Positions 12,222 through 22,875 of a DNA stretch of 64,000 bases are shown one piece after another. Under the pieces are notes generated by a model. That model worked only from the letters and a program-made list of their open reading frames with translations, searched no databases and was not told the origin of the DNA. Origin of the DNA: Haliotis asinina (lineage: Eukaryota); NCBI RefSeq assembly GCF_037392515.1, contig NC_090294.1, forward strand, positions 7,393,870-7,457,869, given 5' to 3'. Every line of letters begins with the position of its first letter. Position 1 is the stretch's first letter. The position numbers and the translations under genes were made by a program.

Positions 12222-13553
12222 GTTGGGGGGGGGGTGTCAGTCATTTTATTGTGGTGGGTAATCATCAAGTTTGTACACATGCTCATTTTGTTCGGGGGTG
12301 GGGTAATGTGACAGGAGGAGGGATCTAATATTCTTATTCTGTCGTACAGACACTGAAGCAAATATATCCAAGAAAGCCCATGCAAGTCTAGAAAATGTGG
12401 CTGGATTTTCTTTGCTTCTGAAAATGAAGAAAGTCTCAGGGCTCCGTTTCATTATATTATTTTGTTTTTCTATCAACTATTTTCAGTAAAATTTCAGAGA
12501 CTAGTTGTTAATCTAAGGGAGACTACATATGTTGTACATCATCCTGATCTACGCCCCCTTCGAGCACTTCGATCCTTGCTATGTCGCCCATATACGTTGA
12601 CGAGCGTAAACAAAGGGAAGTAACTCTAATGAACTCTGTACGTATTGCAAAACATTTCAGCAGTCGCGGTTAATCGCGAGTATTTACATGTTTTGCTGCG
12701 TCAGGATATTTCACTGGATTGCACGAACACAGCAGAACAGTTTTTAGATCAGGGTAAGCAATAAGTGCATGGTGTCAGACAAAATATCTCCGAAACAAGG
12801 TTTGATAAAACAGTCCTTGTATGATAATCACCAGTGTAGGAACTGCCAAACCCAAAGGGACGACATTGGCGTCGGTTTCCAGACAACGGGTTGAATAACA
12901 AATCCCGTTATTTGATCGTTAGAGGCGTTTAGCGCAGAAACTGGCAATGGATAATATGTGTAAGTTTCTGTCAAATACCATTGATGTATGATTTGGAGTT
13001 GTGATCATCTCAGCGATGAGGTCTGTGCAAAACGATTGTTTCATTTCCTTGTTCTTTTGTCATCTTATCGCTGTGTGCTTGCTCTGCTATCAGGTTGTTT
13101 TCAGGTTTAGAGATACAAGCCATTATAGATATTATTTGGATGGTGTTGATGTGCACATACTTAGATATGTGATTGTTTATTATGTGCAGTGTGTTTGCGA
13201 TTTTGTCCAGCAAAATTAAAATTAAATTGATTATTTTGTAATGATAAATTTATTTTAATATGTATTTACATACATATGAATGGATGTTGATTGTGTCATC
13301 TACCTCAGTGGCGTGACATGTTTCTCAAAACATCACTCATGGGATCGTCTGGTCCAGACACACCTGATTTTGTTTGCTGTCCATTTTTGTAGAGTTACAT
13401 GTATAAGAAAGAAACATACCATGTGATTCAACATTATATACTCTTGATGTGGATATGTGATGCCAACATGGCAGACCTGCTGAAGGTACTCAATCACCAA
13501 AAAAATGTTTTATGTTATTTAAACCTTTTTTAGTTTCAGTGGAAGTCGACACA

Positions 13554-13626
13554 ATGTCGCGAGAACCTGACAAACTGTCTACCCAGAATCCTCTTCTAAC
13601 CAAATGGAAGCTGGAGCTCTCTACAG
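13554..13626 (+). CDS. TEP1: Tentative first coding exon of TEP1, encoding MSREPDKLSTQNPLLTKWKLELST. It ends in phase 1.
   Basis: ATG with A at -3. The GT at 13627 is a weak donor (GTTCGA). Phase 1 matches the candidate acceptor at 14184-14185. With this exon included, the total CDS is 7953 nt and divisible by 3. There is no homology support. Confidence 0.2.
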
Positions 13627-14185
13627 GTTCGAAATCATTCTGTGTGCTTGTAACACCAGCAATGTTTGCTGCAAAATATATTCTCACATGTAATGGAAGG
13701 GTGTTAAAGGTCCTGGTCATTTAGGATACATCAGGCATGAAAAATGCTGACAACTTAAGAACAGTAGAATATAACTAAACACAGGGTTCACTATCTTGAA
13801 GGGATGGTGTAAATCAGTTGAAACCTAAAGTGGTCTTTCTGTAAGTTTGACATCTCAGTTATCATATAACATAACAAAGCATGGTATAATGTGGCTTTTT
13901 GGCCTTGCAGGATCTGCATAATTAGAAACATTAGCAAATCTTTAATAAGTTGTCTTAAAAGTTATGAGGTATTATTATATGACAGTGTAAAATATGCATA
14001 GAATTTTGTTGAAATGGGTTATGTAGTGTCTGTTAGATACAGTAGAAAATCATAATATTGTGTAATGTTATGAGTTGTCCGAATTATGTTCCTAGCTTGT
14101 GTAGGTGGTGGTCTCCTCACCTGCATCTGTTGCCCATGACATTCCCATCACAGCAAGTGTTGTAATCATAGCCTGTTTGTTGAAG

Positions 14186-14817
14186 GTTTAAAAGGAGGAC
14201 TTGGCGGGTCAAGTCTACTCTCGACAACCAAGACTGCAGATGCAGGCCGTAAGCGGAAAGGAAATGATTCCTCCAATGTTGATAAAAAGAAGACAAAAGA
14301 CACATCGTTCTCTAACCAGAGTTCTCTGCTCAGCACAGAGCTGACCCAGAAATTGACGTTATCGTCCAGCTTGACTGGCAGCAGTTTACTGTCCGGCAGT
14401 AGCCTATTGTCTGGCGGACTGTTATCAAGTTCTTTACCAAACACACTGTTAGTGAAATCTTCAAAAACAAAAGATGACCATGATGAAAAATCGAGCAAAA
14501 GCTCGCAGGAAAAAGTCCAAAAGAAAGTGAAATCTACACGTGGTGATGAGCCTTCAAAGAAAAGGTCGATGGAGGTCAAGGACAAAGTTGGGAAGGCGTC
14601 CAAGTTGTCCAAGGTGGCCAAACTTCCCAAAGAGAAAAAGTCCAAGGAACCAGGATTCAACTACAAGGCATATGAGACCAGCTACCCAGATTACAACTTT
14701 GCTGGGATGTATGCTGGGGAGAGTTTTGAAGTGCCGAGTTTCATGCCACCAGACAAGGATGTTAGAGTCAGCAAACACCTTGTGGCAGCGCCACTCTGTG
14801 ATGTGAATGGCTTGAAG
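14186..14817 (+). CDS. TEP1: TEP1 N-terminal coding exon, a Ser/Leu/Lys-rich low-complexity region. The 5' boundary is uncertain; the frame is open from 14140 with no in-frame ATG before 14567.
   Basis: Long open frame ending at donor GTGAGT (GT at 14818). It encodes ...KEKKSKEPGFNYKAYETSYPDYNFAGMYAGESFEVPSFMPPDKDVRVSKHLVAAPLCDVNGLK. It joins in phase 0 to the TROVE exons. Confidence 0.55.
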
Positions 14818-15377
14818 GTGAGTGATTGGTCAGCGTCATTAGATCGGACCATTGATGCAGAGCATATGACAAATAGTTCTTATAACATTGATAAAAGCTC
14901 ATGAAAATTTATCAGGCATACTGGTTTTAGTAGTCTAGCTAGGTTATATTTGAACAATTGCTTTTAACTGTTTGTTTTTTTTCCATCCATCAACACATCG
15001 ACTTGTCATGAATGACATAATAATATTGAGATGTGATGCACCAAAAATTTCACTGTGTGTACTAAAGCTACTGTTCCAAAGCCTATGTCTTTTAAAATTT
15101 CTTTCATTTAAAAACAGTAAAACTGAGCTTATAATCCATTCTCATTCAAGTTGTTTAAACATTATAATCAGCCTGCTTGTGATAACTGACTTGTACAACA
15201 CCTGAGTGTTTTGAATATTTTGTTAGTTCACATTCAAAAAGGCATGCAAAGGAATGAGACAAGTGAGATTTTCATCTTGCAGAAGCTGTTTATGTTTCCT
15301 GCTCTCTTCCATTTCTGTCAATATGTTTGCTGATAATTATTATGATAATAGTTACCTTTCCTATATATTCTTTCCAG

Positions 15378-15512
15378 CATGCATTCATCAATGCTGTGAG
15401 TTCATCCCTTATCTGCGCCCCCAACTTCAAGGATTCCAAGGCTAAAGCCAGAATTGACCTCATTGCCATGTCAGAAAAGGTCACGACCTATGACCCAGAG
15501 TTTCTTCTGAAG
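15378..15512 (+). CDS. TEP1: TEP1 exon (start of TROVE domain)
   Basis: Acceptor tttccag, donor GTAAGC, phase 0/0. It encodes HAFINAVSS...IAMSEKVTTYDPEFLLK, which aligns with human LAAIFEICRELALLEPEFILK. Confidence 0.75.
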
Positions 15513-15665
15513 GTAAGCATAAGGTGGCAAAACATTAACTTGAACAAATTGAATATCCTGTTAACTGAAAACAACTATGATCGTAATGATGCACCCACAA
15601 TGTTGACCTTCACTGTATTATTAGTGACTTTAACTTATTAATGTTTTGGGTTATTTTTTGGTCAG

Positions 15666-15827
15666 GTTGCCTTACACACAAGAAAAGGCTTGAACATCCG
15701 AACTACAGCCAACTTTTTGCTGGCTCTGGCTGCAAATGTAAAGCTGTGTCGACCATACATGAGAAAATATTTCTCAGCTGCCATCAACCTGCCCTCTGAC
15801 TGGATTGAAGTAGCAGAAATATACCAG
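15666..15827 (+). CDS. TEP1: TEP1 exon, TROVE
   Basis: Encodes VALHTRKGLNIRTTANFLLALAANVKLCRPYMRKYFSAAINLPSDWIEVAEIYQ. This matches human ASLYARQQLNVRNVANNILAIAAFLPACRPHLRRYFCAIVQLPSDWIQVAELYQ. Donor GTGAGA. Confidence 0.9.
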
Positions 15828-15974
15828 GTGAGAATGATTTTGTGTTCAGGTGAAAGGTGCAAGATGGCAGGTTCAAGAGTTTCTTCCTTTAGTCTGTGGT
15901 TAACTTGATGTAAGAAAACTGATATCAGTGTATGACAGTTTGATAAAGAGGACTATTAAATATTTCAGAATTTA

Positions 15975-16135
15975 TGAGTGAGTTTAGTTTTACAGCACAC
16001 TTAGCAGTATTCCAGCTATATGGCCGTGGTCTGTAAATAATAGGGTCTAGATTACACAATCCAGTGATCAACAGCATGAGCACCAATCTGTGCAAATGGG
16101 AACCAATGACATGTCAACCGACGTCCCGTCAGTCC
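15975..16135 (-). mobile_element. SINE body/tail type, minus, in TEP1 intron 3
   Basis: Reads gagtttagttttacagcacac...cagtattccagctatatggccgtggtctgtaaataatagggtctag...caatccagtgatcaacagcatgagcac. Confidence 0.6.
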
Positions 16136-16323
16136 CGAATTTATAAGTAGAGACAATAGTGTATACATCACACCAACATACAAAATATACAAGGACCTCA
16201 GAACAATTATTACAGGCAGCAGTGTGGTTGTTTTTTTTAAAAAAAAAGTTATTTGTCATGTTTGATGATTTTTGACTGAAGAGGTTATTATTTTATATCT
16301 TGCTATGCTGTTATTAATTTCAG

Positions 16324-16420
16324 GCATTCCATGATGATAGCCTGACATTTGGGGCACTCCCAGCTGCCTTGAGACGAGTTATGGTGGCAAAGTTTCCCGA
16401 TTTTGACAAATACCAACTTG
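16324..16420 (+). CDS. TEP1: TEP1 exon, TROVE
   Basis: Encodes AFHDDSLTFGALPAALRRVMVAKFPDFDKYQL, matching human LPACLRTAMTDKFAQFDEYQL. Donor GTAGGT. Ends in phase 1. Confidence 0.85.
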
Positions 16421-16679
16421 GTAGGTTTTATCATCAGTCATCCATTCTTGCATTCATATATGAATTACCAACTGGTTTGACACAGGTCATTTTGTCTGTG
16501 CAACATTTCAGTGCAGATTCTTGTTCTTATGTCTAGCACGAACGATACAAGAATCTGTACTGAAACATTATCAGTAAATGATATCTGTAAATGTGTACTA
16601 TAATTTAAGAATTCATTAAATGCTGAGTTAGAATTGAGTTTTCTCAGTTTCCTCAAAATAACACACGAGTCATTTGCAG

Positions 16680-16882
16680 CAAAATATAACAAAGATTCGT
16701 CCAAGAAGAAGAAGAAAAAGAAGGGAGGAGGAGATCAAGGTGGACGGGGTCGAGGGAGGGGAAGAGGCAGAGGAAGGGGTGGAGTGATGCAAGTGGGAAT
16801 GAAGGGTCGGAAGCGCACCTTGTTTGATAGTGACAGCGAGGAATCTGACAGTGATGATGAAAGCAAGAAGCCACGGAGACAA
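16680..16882 (+). CDS. TEP1: TEP1 exon with a poly-K, RG-repeat and acidic Ser/Asp insert
   Basis: Encodes AKYNKDSSKKKKKKKGGGDQGGRGRGRGRGRGRGG...DSDSEESDSDDESKKPRRQ. AKYN matches human AKYNPRK. Donor GTGAGT. Confidence 0.8.
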
Positions 16883-17537
16883 GTGAGTTGATTAGATGAA
16901 CACATGATGTTAATGTTACCATGGTAACTCATAATATTGGAAATTTTAACTATATATTGTACGTTTATGTACTTATCACACGATTTTTACTTCTCTCTCT
17001 TGCTTTGAAGCCAAGTGGAACAAATGAGAACTTCCCCTCTAGACCTCTCTTGTCCATACGCCCGTGTTCTCAAGGCTGCTCTACTTATAGGACAGTCCCT
17101 AGTCCCATGATGACTGTGCAGCATGCTCCCCTATCTACCCACGTGACTACCTCAGAGTGATAATTTTCTTCTCGGAGCCACTACCACAATCTTAGTAGCA
17201 ATTAGGCTGGGTTGGCATACATTGCATGAGATGGGATAAGTATATAAATATACATTTCGGGGGACCCATGAAGATCTTGGTTATGATTGGTCAATCCATG
17301 TTTGTTGTAAGAGGCAGCTATGGGGAAATATTTATGTAGTTTCAATTTTCAGTTGAGGTATATTTTGTACTTGACGATCAGGGCCTAGATTTTCAAAGCT
17401 CACTTGGCCCTAAGATTGTGTAAGTGCATACATTAACATTAGCTTACACTATCTTATCGCTAAGAGACCTTAAAAAATCTAGTCCCAAGTTAGTTGAACA
17501 AGAGAGAAACAAACCAGTTGCTGATGTTTTGTTTCAG

Positions 17538-17674
17538 CTGAGTGATGTCAATTACGATGAGGACAGCGACACTGAGGAAGTTTTGGAACAGAAGACATTT
17601 TCCTTGAAACAGCTCATCAGAAAGTTGCACATCAAGGAGCCTGTAGAGCATGTCATGTGTCTCATCGGCAAAAA
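17538..17674 (+). CDS. TEP1: TEP1 exon
   Basis: Encodes LSDVNYDEDSDTEEVLEQKTFSLKQLIRKLHIKEPVEHVMCLIGK, matching human RFTLKKLVQRLHIHKPAQHVQALLG. Donor GTGAGT. Ends in phase 2. Confidence 0.85.
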
Positions 17675-17689
17675 GTGAGTGTTTATAGC

Positions 17690-18420
17690 AGGGAAATACA
17701 GATGCTGACTTGTGAGGTATTGATAGTAGGGTATTTAGCAGTAATAATAGGGTATTTAAGCATTAATGGGGTATGCTGGATGAGCTGTGCCAGGTTAGTG
17801 GCCCAGTGAGCTTGAGATACCAGAATCAAGCCCACCGGTGACACCTTGGAGTCAGCTGTGTGTGCAGACTTGTCAGTGATGTCACCAGCCCTAGTGTACA
17901 GTACACCACCCCTAGTGTACAGTACACAACCCTGTGCTGTTAATAGACTCCATGAATCCATTTTTGAATGACTAGATGGTGGTGAGTACCTGAAGCCACG
18001 TAGCTGCGGGCACAGCAATGAGCAGTAAAACGTGGAAAACGTCATGCTCCACCCAGCTGGGAAGGGGTACCTCAGTTGTAGGATCTTCAGGGAGTTAAGG
18101 TTGATGATACCATGAGCCATTTTAGATTGACACCCAATGATTGAGGGAAAAACGAAATGACCTTAAGCAGTTGGGGAGGATACTCTGGGTATTTTAGCAT
18201 TCATATTGGGGGTATGTATAGCATTGATAGCAGGGTATTTTTTAGCATTGATTGTAGGGTATTTAAGTATATTTTTATCATTGCTGATGGAATATTGTTA
18301 GTGAGGTATTGTATGTGAAATTTGCTGTGGTTTGTAAGATTTAGTGTTGTAAGTGTTAATGAAAGGTGTTGTGCATGTTGAGAGCAGGTTATTGTAAATG
18401 TTGATAACAGGACAATCATG
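17690..18420. repeat. Degenerate minisatellite of about 20 bp units (gtattgatagYagggtatttaRca) in TEP1 intron 6, in two blocks: 17690-17770 and 18190-18420
   Basis: Repeated units gggtatttagca, gggtatttaagca and gcattgatagcagggtatt. Confidence 0.6.
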
Positions 18421-18593
18421 TTGTTTGCCTGAGGATGCTAGTCAGTATTGGGGACTTGGTCGAGTGTTTGTCACTGTCACCCAAAGGAAAGTAAGATTCG
18501 TAAAGGAAGAAATGGTGTAGCGTTTTTCTCAATGGTCCCAGTTATTTTACAGTATGTAACCATTTAGGCTGAGAACATACCGTCTGTGTGTAG

Positions 18594-18751
18594 GTACCCA
18601 TCCACACTAGAAGAATTTTATGCAAGTCGTCTTCCTGGGACTTGGGAGGAAGAAAAATGTGGCAAGAGGATGAAGCTCCCTGTACCCGAGACCTGGGAAA
18701 CACAGGTGTCTATGAAGGGCAACAAGGCGGCTGTCTGGGAGGAGTTAATTG
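18594..18751 (+). CDS. TEP1: TEP1 exon
   Basis: Encodes KYPSTLEEFYASRLPGTWEEEKCGKRMKLPVPETWETQVSMKGNKAAVWEELI. This matches human YPSNLQLFSRSRLPGPWDSSRAGKRMKLSRPETWERELSLRGNKASVWEELI. The donor GTTGGT is weak. Confidence 0.75.
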
Positions 18752-19082
18752 GTTGGTTTATACTTGACTGACAGAAAAGTGGTGTATAAACAAGGACTGT
18801 TTAAGAGTGTCACTTAATTGAATATCAGTTCATCTACTGATAAATACTTTGTTACATTTTATAACCTGCTATAACTGTATTAAATGTAACTTTTTAATGC
18901 AATTTATATCTAATTTGTGTACATGTGAAGGTACATGCGAGTGTTTGTAATTTCCTTATAGCTAACAAATACATGTAAACGATGTTTGTTCAGGTTAAAA
19001 TTCCTTAGAGATTTTCATTTTGATATGGGTTTTATGATGGTTTGAGAAATAATTTATTTAATATGTTTTATATTTTCCCTAG

Positions 19083-19192
19083 ATCACAGGAAGCTGCCAT
19101 TCATGGCGATGTTACGGAACTTGAGAAACCTGATCAAAGCGGGGATCTCTCCAAAACACCACAACAGCATCCTGTCTAGGCTGACCAATGAG
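19083..19192 (+). CDS. TEP1: TEP1 exon
   Basis: Encodes DHRKLPFMAMLRNLRNLIKAGISPKHHNSILSRLTNE, matching human GKLPFMAMLRNLCNLLRVGISSRHHELILQRLQ. Donor GTGTGT. Confidence 0.85.
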
Positions 19193-19249
19193 GTGTGTGA
19201 TACACAGATACACAGACACATTACATTCTAAGTGTTTTGTGTGGGTTCT

Positions 19250-19510
19250 ATTGATATCCAGACCCATGAAGATCCGCTTAGAATTGATCTTCCTAAACCT
19301 GTGCTTGTTGTAAGAAGCAACTAACGAGATCGGGTGGTCAGACTTGCTGAGTTAGTTGACACATGTCATCATATTCAATTTGCATAGATTGATACTAATG
19401 CTGTTGATCACTGGATTGTCTGATCCAGCATGTTGTTTACAGACTACTGCCATATAGCTGGAATATAGCAAGGTGTAGGCATTAAACTAAACTCCCTCCC
19501 TCACACAGTT
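19250..19510 (+). mobile_element. SINE body/tail type, plus, in TEP1 intron 8
   Basis: Reads ...gatcgggtggtcagacttgctgagttagttgacacatgtcatc...gttgatcactggattgtctgatccag...tttacagactactgccatatagctggaatatagc. Confidence 0.6.
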
Positions 19511-19805
19511 AGAGTTCACTACATAACATGAAGACTTCATGCTACTTTTTTTCAAATTCATGCAAGGGTGTGTTTTTTTATGAATTCTTTTATTGATTAT
19601 AGTTAATAATGATTCTGTCGAAGCATATGTATATATAAATTATTTATTTACTCCCCAACTTTAAGTAGCTCCAACAGTTTGCATTTTCACCTTGACAAGA
19701 AAACATTTTGTCTGCCCATTATAACTTTAACATTTCTTTAGTTGTCATATGTAATTGACCAGCTAAGACTGTGTACAATGGATTGTCAAAATTCCTATTT
19801 TACAG

Positions 19806-19896
19806 CGTCAAGTCATCAACAGCAAACAGTTCCCGTTCCGATTCTTCTCAGCGTATGAAGTGCTCACACAGTTGGAGAAGGATTATGAGCAAAACC
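19806..19896 (+). CDS. TEP1: TEP1 exon
   Basis: Encodes RQVINSKQFPFRFFSAYEVLTQLEKDYEQN, matching human IHSRQFPFRFLNAHDAIDALEAQL. Donor GTAAGT. Ends in phase 1. Confidence 0.85.
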
Positions 19897-20274
19897 GTAA
19901 GTCTATCCACATCCCTCCACTGTCTGTAACACATGCTGATCTTGTGATATTACAATCAGTATGTCCTTCATGTGTATTTTTACAATCAGACACTGAACCA
20001 CAACAGACCAGTCATTGTCATTGCAAATACTGCTATGCACAATTCATGGAATAGATTCTGAAGTGGGAAATATTTATCTAGACTTCCTCGGAGACTAACA
20101 TTTGTCCATAAGACTGGAGAATTATATTTGCAATTTGAATTAAATATGTTCAGGTTTGTCTGAATTTATGAAAGTGTGTACATTGAAATGGTCTAATTTT
20201 GAACAGTATCATGTGTTTCCAGTACTGAATAAGAAATAAATCACTGACCAGTCTTCTTGTATGACAGAAGCCTA

Positions 20275-20430
20275 TGATTGTGGGGTTGAAGCCTTGTAAG
20301 TTCCACAGGGTGGGCGATCACTGGATTTGGATAGTGGTTAAAGCATTCTCGCTCATCACTCCGACAACATGTGTTTGATTGCCCTCATCGGTACAATGCG
20401 TCAGACCCATTTCTGGTGTTCCCTTCCGTA
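20275..20430 (+). mobile_element. tRNA-derived SINE, head type, divergent, in TEP1 intron 9
   Basis: Reads gatagtggttaaagcattctcgctcatcact...gacccatttctggtgttccc. Confidence 0.5.
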
Positions 20431-20516
20431 AATGTATAAACATAAACTCATGCAGTCATTCTTAAGTTCTCAGCGCCAGAGCTGTGGTCAAATTATTTTA
20501 ATTCTATTTTTTTCAG

Positions 20517-20676
20517 AAAAAGACATCATTCACGAAGCTGAGAACAATGCTATGGCATCAGGAGTAACTCGTGGAGGTATCCGAGGTCGAGGTCGTGGAA
20601 GCAGAGGTCGGGGGGCTGCAGCAAAGGACAAATGGTGGTTGATCAGGAAAGAGAAAAAAAAGCAGCAAGGCACAAG
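20517..20676 (+). CDS. TEP1: TEP1 exon with a second RGG/RG cluster
   Basis: Encodes QKDIIHEAENNAMASGVTRGGIRGRGRGSRGRGAAAKDKWWLIRKEKKKQQGT. Acceptor tttttcag, donor GTCAGT. Ends in phase 2. Confidence 0.7.
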
Positions 20677-20756
20677 GTCAGTGGCAGGAAAACTGACATT
20701 GTTTAGACTTTATTTGTTTAGTGTAAGGGTGGGAGTGTCTCACTGAATCGGGAGGT

Positions 20757-20817
20757 TAACCCTACCCTACCCCATCCTACCCTACCTCACCCTACCCTAC
20801 CCTAACCTACCTCACTC
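20757..20817. repeat. Degenerate (CCCTAC)n/(CCTAC)n telomere-like microsatellite in TEP1 intron 10
   Basis: Reads ccctaccctaccccatcctaccctacctcaccctaccctaccctaacctacc. Confidence 0.8.
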
Positions 20818-20889
20818 AACACTTTTCCCACAGGTTGTATAAATATGTGTATAATATTGTTGTGGCATGGCATGGATATATAATTCACA

Positions 20890-21050
20890 CAAAAAAATGG
20901 TAATTGACAGAAAATAAGTAAATATATGCTAAGTGACAGAAAATGGGTAAATATATGGTAAGTGACCTAAAATAGGTAAATATGTGGTAAAATGATATAA
21001 AATAAGTAAATATATGGTAAATGGAAACTAAGTAAATATATTGCAAAATG
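20890..21050. repeat. Tandem repeat of about 22-25 bp units (aatRggtaaatatatggtaagtgac) in TEP1 intron 10
   Basis: Six or more units of gtaaatatatgg with variable flanks. Confidence 0.7.
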
Positions 21051-21097
21051 AAGCTAATAGCTGCAAACTCCTGTAATGCCTGCCATTGTGCCTGCAG

Positions 21098-21278
21098 TGA
21101 GGTTGCATATGACAAGAACCTGATAGTGCGGTACCGCAAGGCCCTGGACACAGCAGTCAAAATTGCCACGGTCTACAATGTTCAACCAATCAGAGGGCGG
21201 ACAATCATTTTCTGCGACATTGGCAGTGAGATGAAAATACCATGCACTGCAGCGAAAGGACTTGGCAAGCCGAGAATG
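21098..21278 (+). CDS. TEP1: TEP1 exon (vWA-like region)
   Basis: Encodes SEVAYDKNLIVRYRKALDTAVKIATVYNVQPIRGRTIIFCDIGSEMK...GKPRM. This matches human KYDGEMLNRYRQALETAVNLSVKHSLPLLPGRTVLVYLTD. Acceptor cctgcag, chosen by phase. Donor GTAAAT. Confidence 0.75.
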
Positions 21279-21429
21279 GTAAATACAATTAACATAACGG
21301 CAGCAACTCTTTCGTGAGTTACTAGCATTTCTTTTAGGTTCAAAGTTGTATTTTATCATTGTCCAACTTTTGTGTATGGTATATATGATATCTGTGTCAT
21401 GGTGAATCTAACTCTGTGATGGGTTGCAG

Positions 21430-21588
21430 ATGGACGAGGTAGCTGTTCTGCTTGGTCTAATGTGTAAGCACTCATGTGAGGAGTGCATGTTGGTGGCCTA
21501 CAACGACACCCACTATGCAACCATCGACATCGCTAAGGGCACCATCCTGGACAACATGGCCACTGTACTTAATTCCCCCATATCTGAG
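21430..21588 (+). CDS. TEP1: TEP1 exon
   Basis: Encodes MDEVAVLLGLMCKHSCEECMLVAYNDTHYATIDIAKGTILDNMATVLNSPISE, matching human NYALLLIGMMITRAEQVDVVLCGGDTLKTAVLKAEEGILKTAIKLQ. Donor GTAGGT. Confidence 0.8.
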
Positions 21589-22518
21589 GTAGGTCCTGCT
21601 TTCTGTTCTGACAGTAAGACTGGTATCAACATGACCAAGCTTGTGTGATGTAGATGAACATCGGTCTGGACACTTTTCTCAAATACTGTCACGATAAATC
21701 AATATTTTTGTATTTGAATATTTTGTCATTTACGCTCCCTTCCTAAATACTACCCAGGCATGAAAATATTGAATAAAAAACAATCTCCTGTTACGAAATG
21801 CATAAGATTATTTGGGTTTAACACTCAGTGTAACCTAGCATACCACCAACAAATGCCTTACTTTTGACATGTTGACTGCTACCACGAGTATACTCGTATC
21901 AATGTCTGCTCGAATTTACCACTATGATTTATCTCGTAGCTGCATCAGTGGTTTTCTAAAGTATGTATAGTGTGTTGGCAGAATAGGCACAAGAAGCAAT
22001 CGTTTCCAGGTGGTAGCAAAGAAAGCCCAGACATGTGTGTTTCTTGTGCCTATTGTGCCAACACGTTTTGTGGAGGGTGTTAAAATACACTCCATCCGTG
22101 CGTCTGTGTGTTCGTGCACATTTGTCTTTTTTAGGGAAACCGTTCCCTATTTCTTCACCAAACTTGGCACACAGATAGATCTGGTGGTGAACTGATGCCT
22201 CGTGGTAGGTTTGGAATTCTGACTAAACTATTTTCAACACTCTCCTTCTGCTTTGCCAAAACGTTTGACACCGTCATAATGAGTAGACATATTCATGAAG
22301 AGTATTTTGCCATTGCAGGGAATATTGATGAGTTTGTCTTCTTGCTAAAATACCACTGATGTAGCTATGAGATAACTCTTGGTGGCAAATTCGACTAGAA
22401 TTGATACTTCGAGTATACTGGTAGTGGCAGTCAGTGTGGTACGTTCCCTTAGGTTCAACACAGTACCCTGTGTTAATCTGTGTGTACTGTCCATGTGAGA
22501 GTGTTGTGTATTCATCAG

Positions 22519-22593
22519 ATGAGCGGGCGACAACTGCTGACAAAGGGACTGCCATTCCAAGTGCTTGTGGAAGTGCTCCGAGACAGAATTCAG
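22519..22593 (+). CDS. TEP1: TEP1 exon
   Basis: Encodes MSGRQLLTKGLPFQVLVEVLRDRIQ, matching human FGKYLLSLAGQRVP. Acceptor ttcatcag, donor GTAAGT. Confidence 0.65.
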
Positions 22594-22625
22594 GTAAGTG
22601 CTGGAATGTTGCAGAGTGTCGATCG

Positions 22626-22647
22626 ATCAATCAATCAATCAATCAAG
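22626..22647. repeat. (CAAT)n microsatellite
   Basis: Reads atcaatcaatcaatcaatcaa. Confidence 0.9.
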
Positions 22648-22729
22648 CAATGTGAGTGCAAATCATTTTGTAGCCATATAGAATTACTCTTATCATGCAC
22701 CTAAATATCATGTGGTAAATCTCTTCTAG

Positions 22730-22875
22730 GTGGACAATCTCATTATTCTGAGTGGTGGAATTGACCCCACTTCGGACAAAGGTAAAGTAATGTCTGATTT
22801 CCTGAAGATGTATCGCCAGGTGGTCAATGGGAACCTGCTGTACTGCAGTGTATCATTTGCTGGGAGAAACACTGG
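22730..22875 (+). CDS. TEP1: TEP1 exon
   Basis: Encodes VDNLIILSGGIDPTSDKGKVMSDFLKMYRQVVNGNLLYCSVSFAGRNT, matching human VDRVILLGQSMDDGMINVAKQLYWQRVNSKCLFVGILL. Donor GTGAGA. Ends in phase 2. An alternative donor lies at 22850. Confidence 0.7.

Noticed and set aside
14166-14660. Minus-strand 164-aa ORF
   Set aside because: It is antisense to the TEP1 low-complexity first exon. The Ser/Leu/Lys-rich sense strand makes its reverse complement stop-poor. There is no independent support.
17683-18120. 145-aa minus-strand ORF in TEP1 intron 6
   Set aside because: It lies inside the degenerate minisatellite and direct-repeat region. There is no homology, and it is probably a repeat-derived open frame.
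22730-22849. A shorter version of TEP1 exon 14, ending at the GTATCA donor and joined to 23163
   Set aside because: It requires the unsupported 22995-ORF segment as exon. The model with the GTGAGA donor at 22876 and the acceptor at 23310 aligns better to human TEP1. It remains a possible minor isoform.
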